From Asterionella formosa (lineage: Eukaryota): a stretch of DNA of 34,279 bases. Below are positions 32,865-34,279 of this stretch, piece by piece. A program made the position numbers and the translations under genes. The DNA is taken from positions 1 through 34,279 of the forward strand of contig NKIB01000255.1 in NCBI GenBank assembly GCA_002256025.1, in the 5' to 3' direction. The notes beneath the pieces were generated by a model. The model had not been told where the DNA came from. It was given only the letters and a program-made list of their open reading frames with translations, and did not search any database. Numbering within the stretch: position 1 is the stretch's first letter; the number at the start of each line of letters is the position of its first letter.

Positions 32865-34279
32865 TTATCGTTCAAAAATCAGGTATTTGGTTGATCAGAC
32901 TCTGGCTGTAGCCAAATTAAAGAAGCATTTTTATCGGTTTAGATTATGGCTCTCACCGGCACCCTAAAACCTTTATGGTTTAATTGGTGCACAAAAGCAT
33001 ACAATACATTTACCATACTTGATTGATAAAACCAAATAATAAACTACATATATATTAATCATTTTTATTGCGCATTAGTACTGGTCTATTTCTAGGCGGT
33101 TCATCTTCATTGTGCTCCATGGCCCATATAAGATGGGGCAGTGGTTGTGGTCACTCCCTTGTATTTGGAGATGATACTGCGATTCTTTGTACATATAATA
33201 CACAAGAGATCTGAGGTTGTGAGGTTTGATTCCTGCAATTTTTTTGAGAAGCAATTGTTGGGTTCGACTCCCACACTCCTCCTTACCATCCTGTACAGTC
33301 TTGCCTGGTGTGCCAGAAATAGTGGGTTGCCCCCCTACAAGGAGCTTGTGTCGCCTTCCTAGGCAGTTGGAGTTTCCCCTGATGCTATGGCTACTAAGAC
33401 AATCACCTTTTGCAAAAGGTGGTTAGGTACTCACCTATGCTAACAAAACCAGGGAAGCACAGATCTTGTTGGCAGGTAGCACAACAATGACAGACTTGCC
33501 TAGAAATAGGGGAGTATGAATGGGCTATAAAACATACTAACATTTACATCGTAAAGTAATGTGCGCTAGCTATCCTGTAGGACTAATAAATGTTACTTAG
33601 GTCTAGTAATAGGGAAATCTCTTCATTGTCCTGGGCCCCCTTAAGTAAAATCAGTCAAATTCAGTTATGGCAGTATACATTGCTTGGGGGGCTTGGATAA
33701 TGAATGGTACCTGGTACCTACCTGGTACTGGCCATCAAGCCAAGGATCTGACAATCAGAAATGGGCGCATTGGCAATGTCAACCTCCATTTTGACCAAAA
33801 TGATGATGGAAAATCAATGCATTACCATTGCTTGTTATCTATATACTTGTACCCAATGTATAAATAAATGAATGTTAAATTGGTTTCGATTAACTCATTA
33901 GATGCTAAATATTGAATTACAAAAACAGAGTATATAATCACATCTATGTAACTCATTAAAAACGGATTTTTTCGAGTAAGCCGACCCTCACGTAGAAATG
34001 TGGTATGTTGGTTACATAATCCTTCATATGCGAACAGTAAAGACACTGGTGGTGCCGGCAAATCCTCGATGCAACTGTTACTAGACAGAGGGAGTACCTG
34101 GTAGTACTCCTTTAAGCAAGAGGAGCAATGCGAGCTCCGCATTGACGGGCTGTGTTGAAATGGTCCGTACTCCTTCCCGCGGGTTGGGTCTCTCTTCACG
34201 TAGACTCTTACGTGATCGTAGTACTACCTAGTACCACTCACTTTCTCTCTTGTCTCTGCTTCTAGCCTTCCTGCTAGAT

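Noticed and set aside
33100..34199. Short ORFs at the window end, including a 125-aa minus-strand ORF
   Set aside because: No recognisable domain and interrupted by footprint-like motifs. Possibly TE debris.

Overview
Eukaryotic nuclear DNA, most likely from a diatom (inferred from a type III metacaspase, CoDi-like Copia remnants and a diatom-type uncharacterised protein family). Eight intact protein genes are supported: a bZIP factor (1 intron), a SAM methyltransferase with CCCH+CCHC zinc fingers, RBBP5/Swd1, two paralogues of an RVxF/'CxRGLE' family, a type III metacaspase (1 intron), a PPR protein, and an ankyrin-repeat TKL kinase ending in a CaaX box. They sit among decayed transposons: a full-length but dead PIF/Harbinger (24479-27481), a second Harbinger end (to 32864), a split Copia remnant, and a TA-flanked CCAGCAAG...CTTGCTGG TIR family. 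The most striking unexplained signal is the abundance of TACCGGTA/TACCAGGTA/TACCTGGTA motifs in non-coding DNA. Internal comparisons suggest these are stacked excision footprints of TA-targeting CC...GG-ended transposons. All calls were made by eye, with no database searches.
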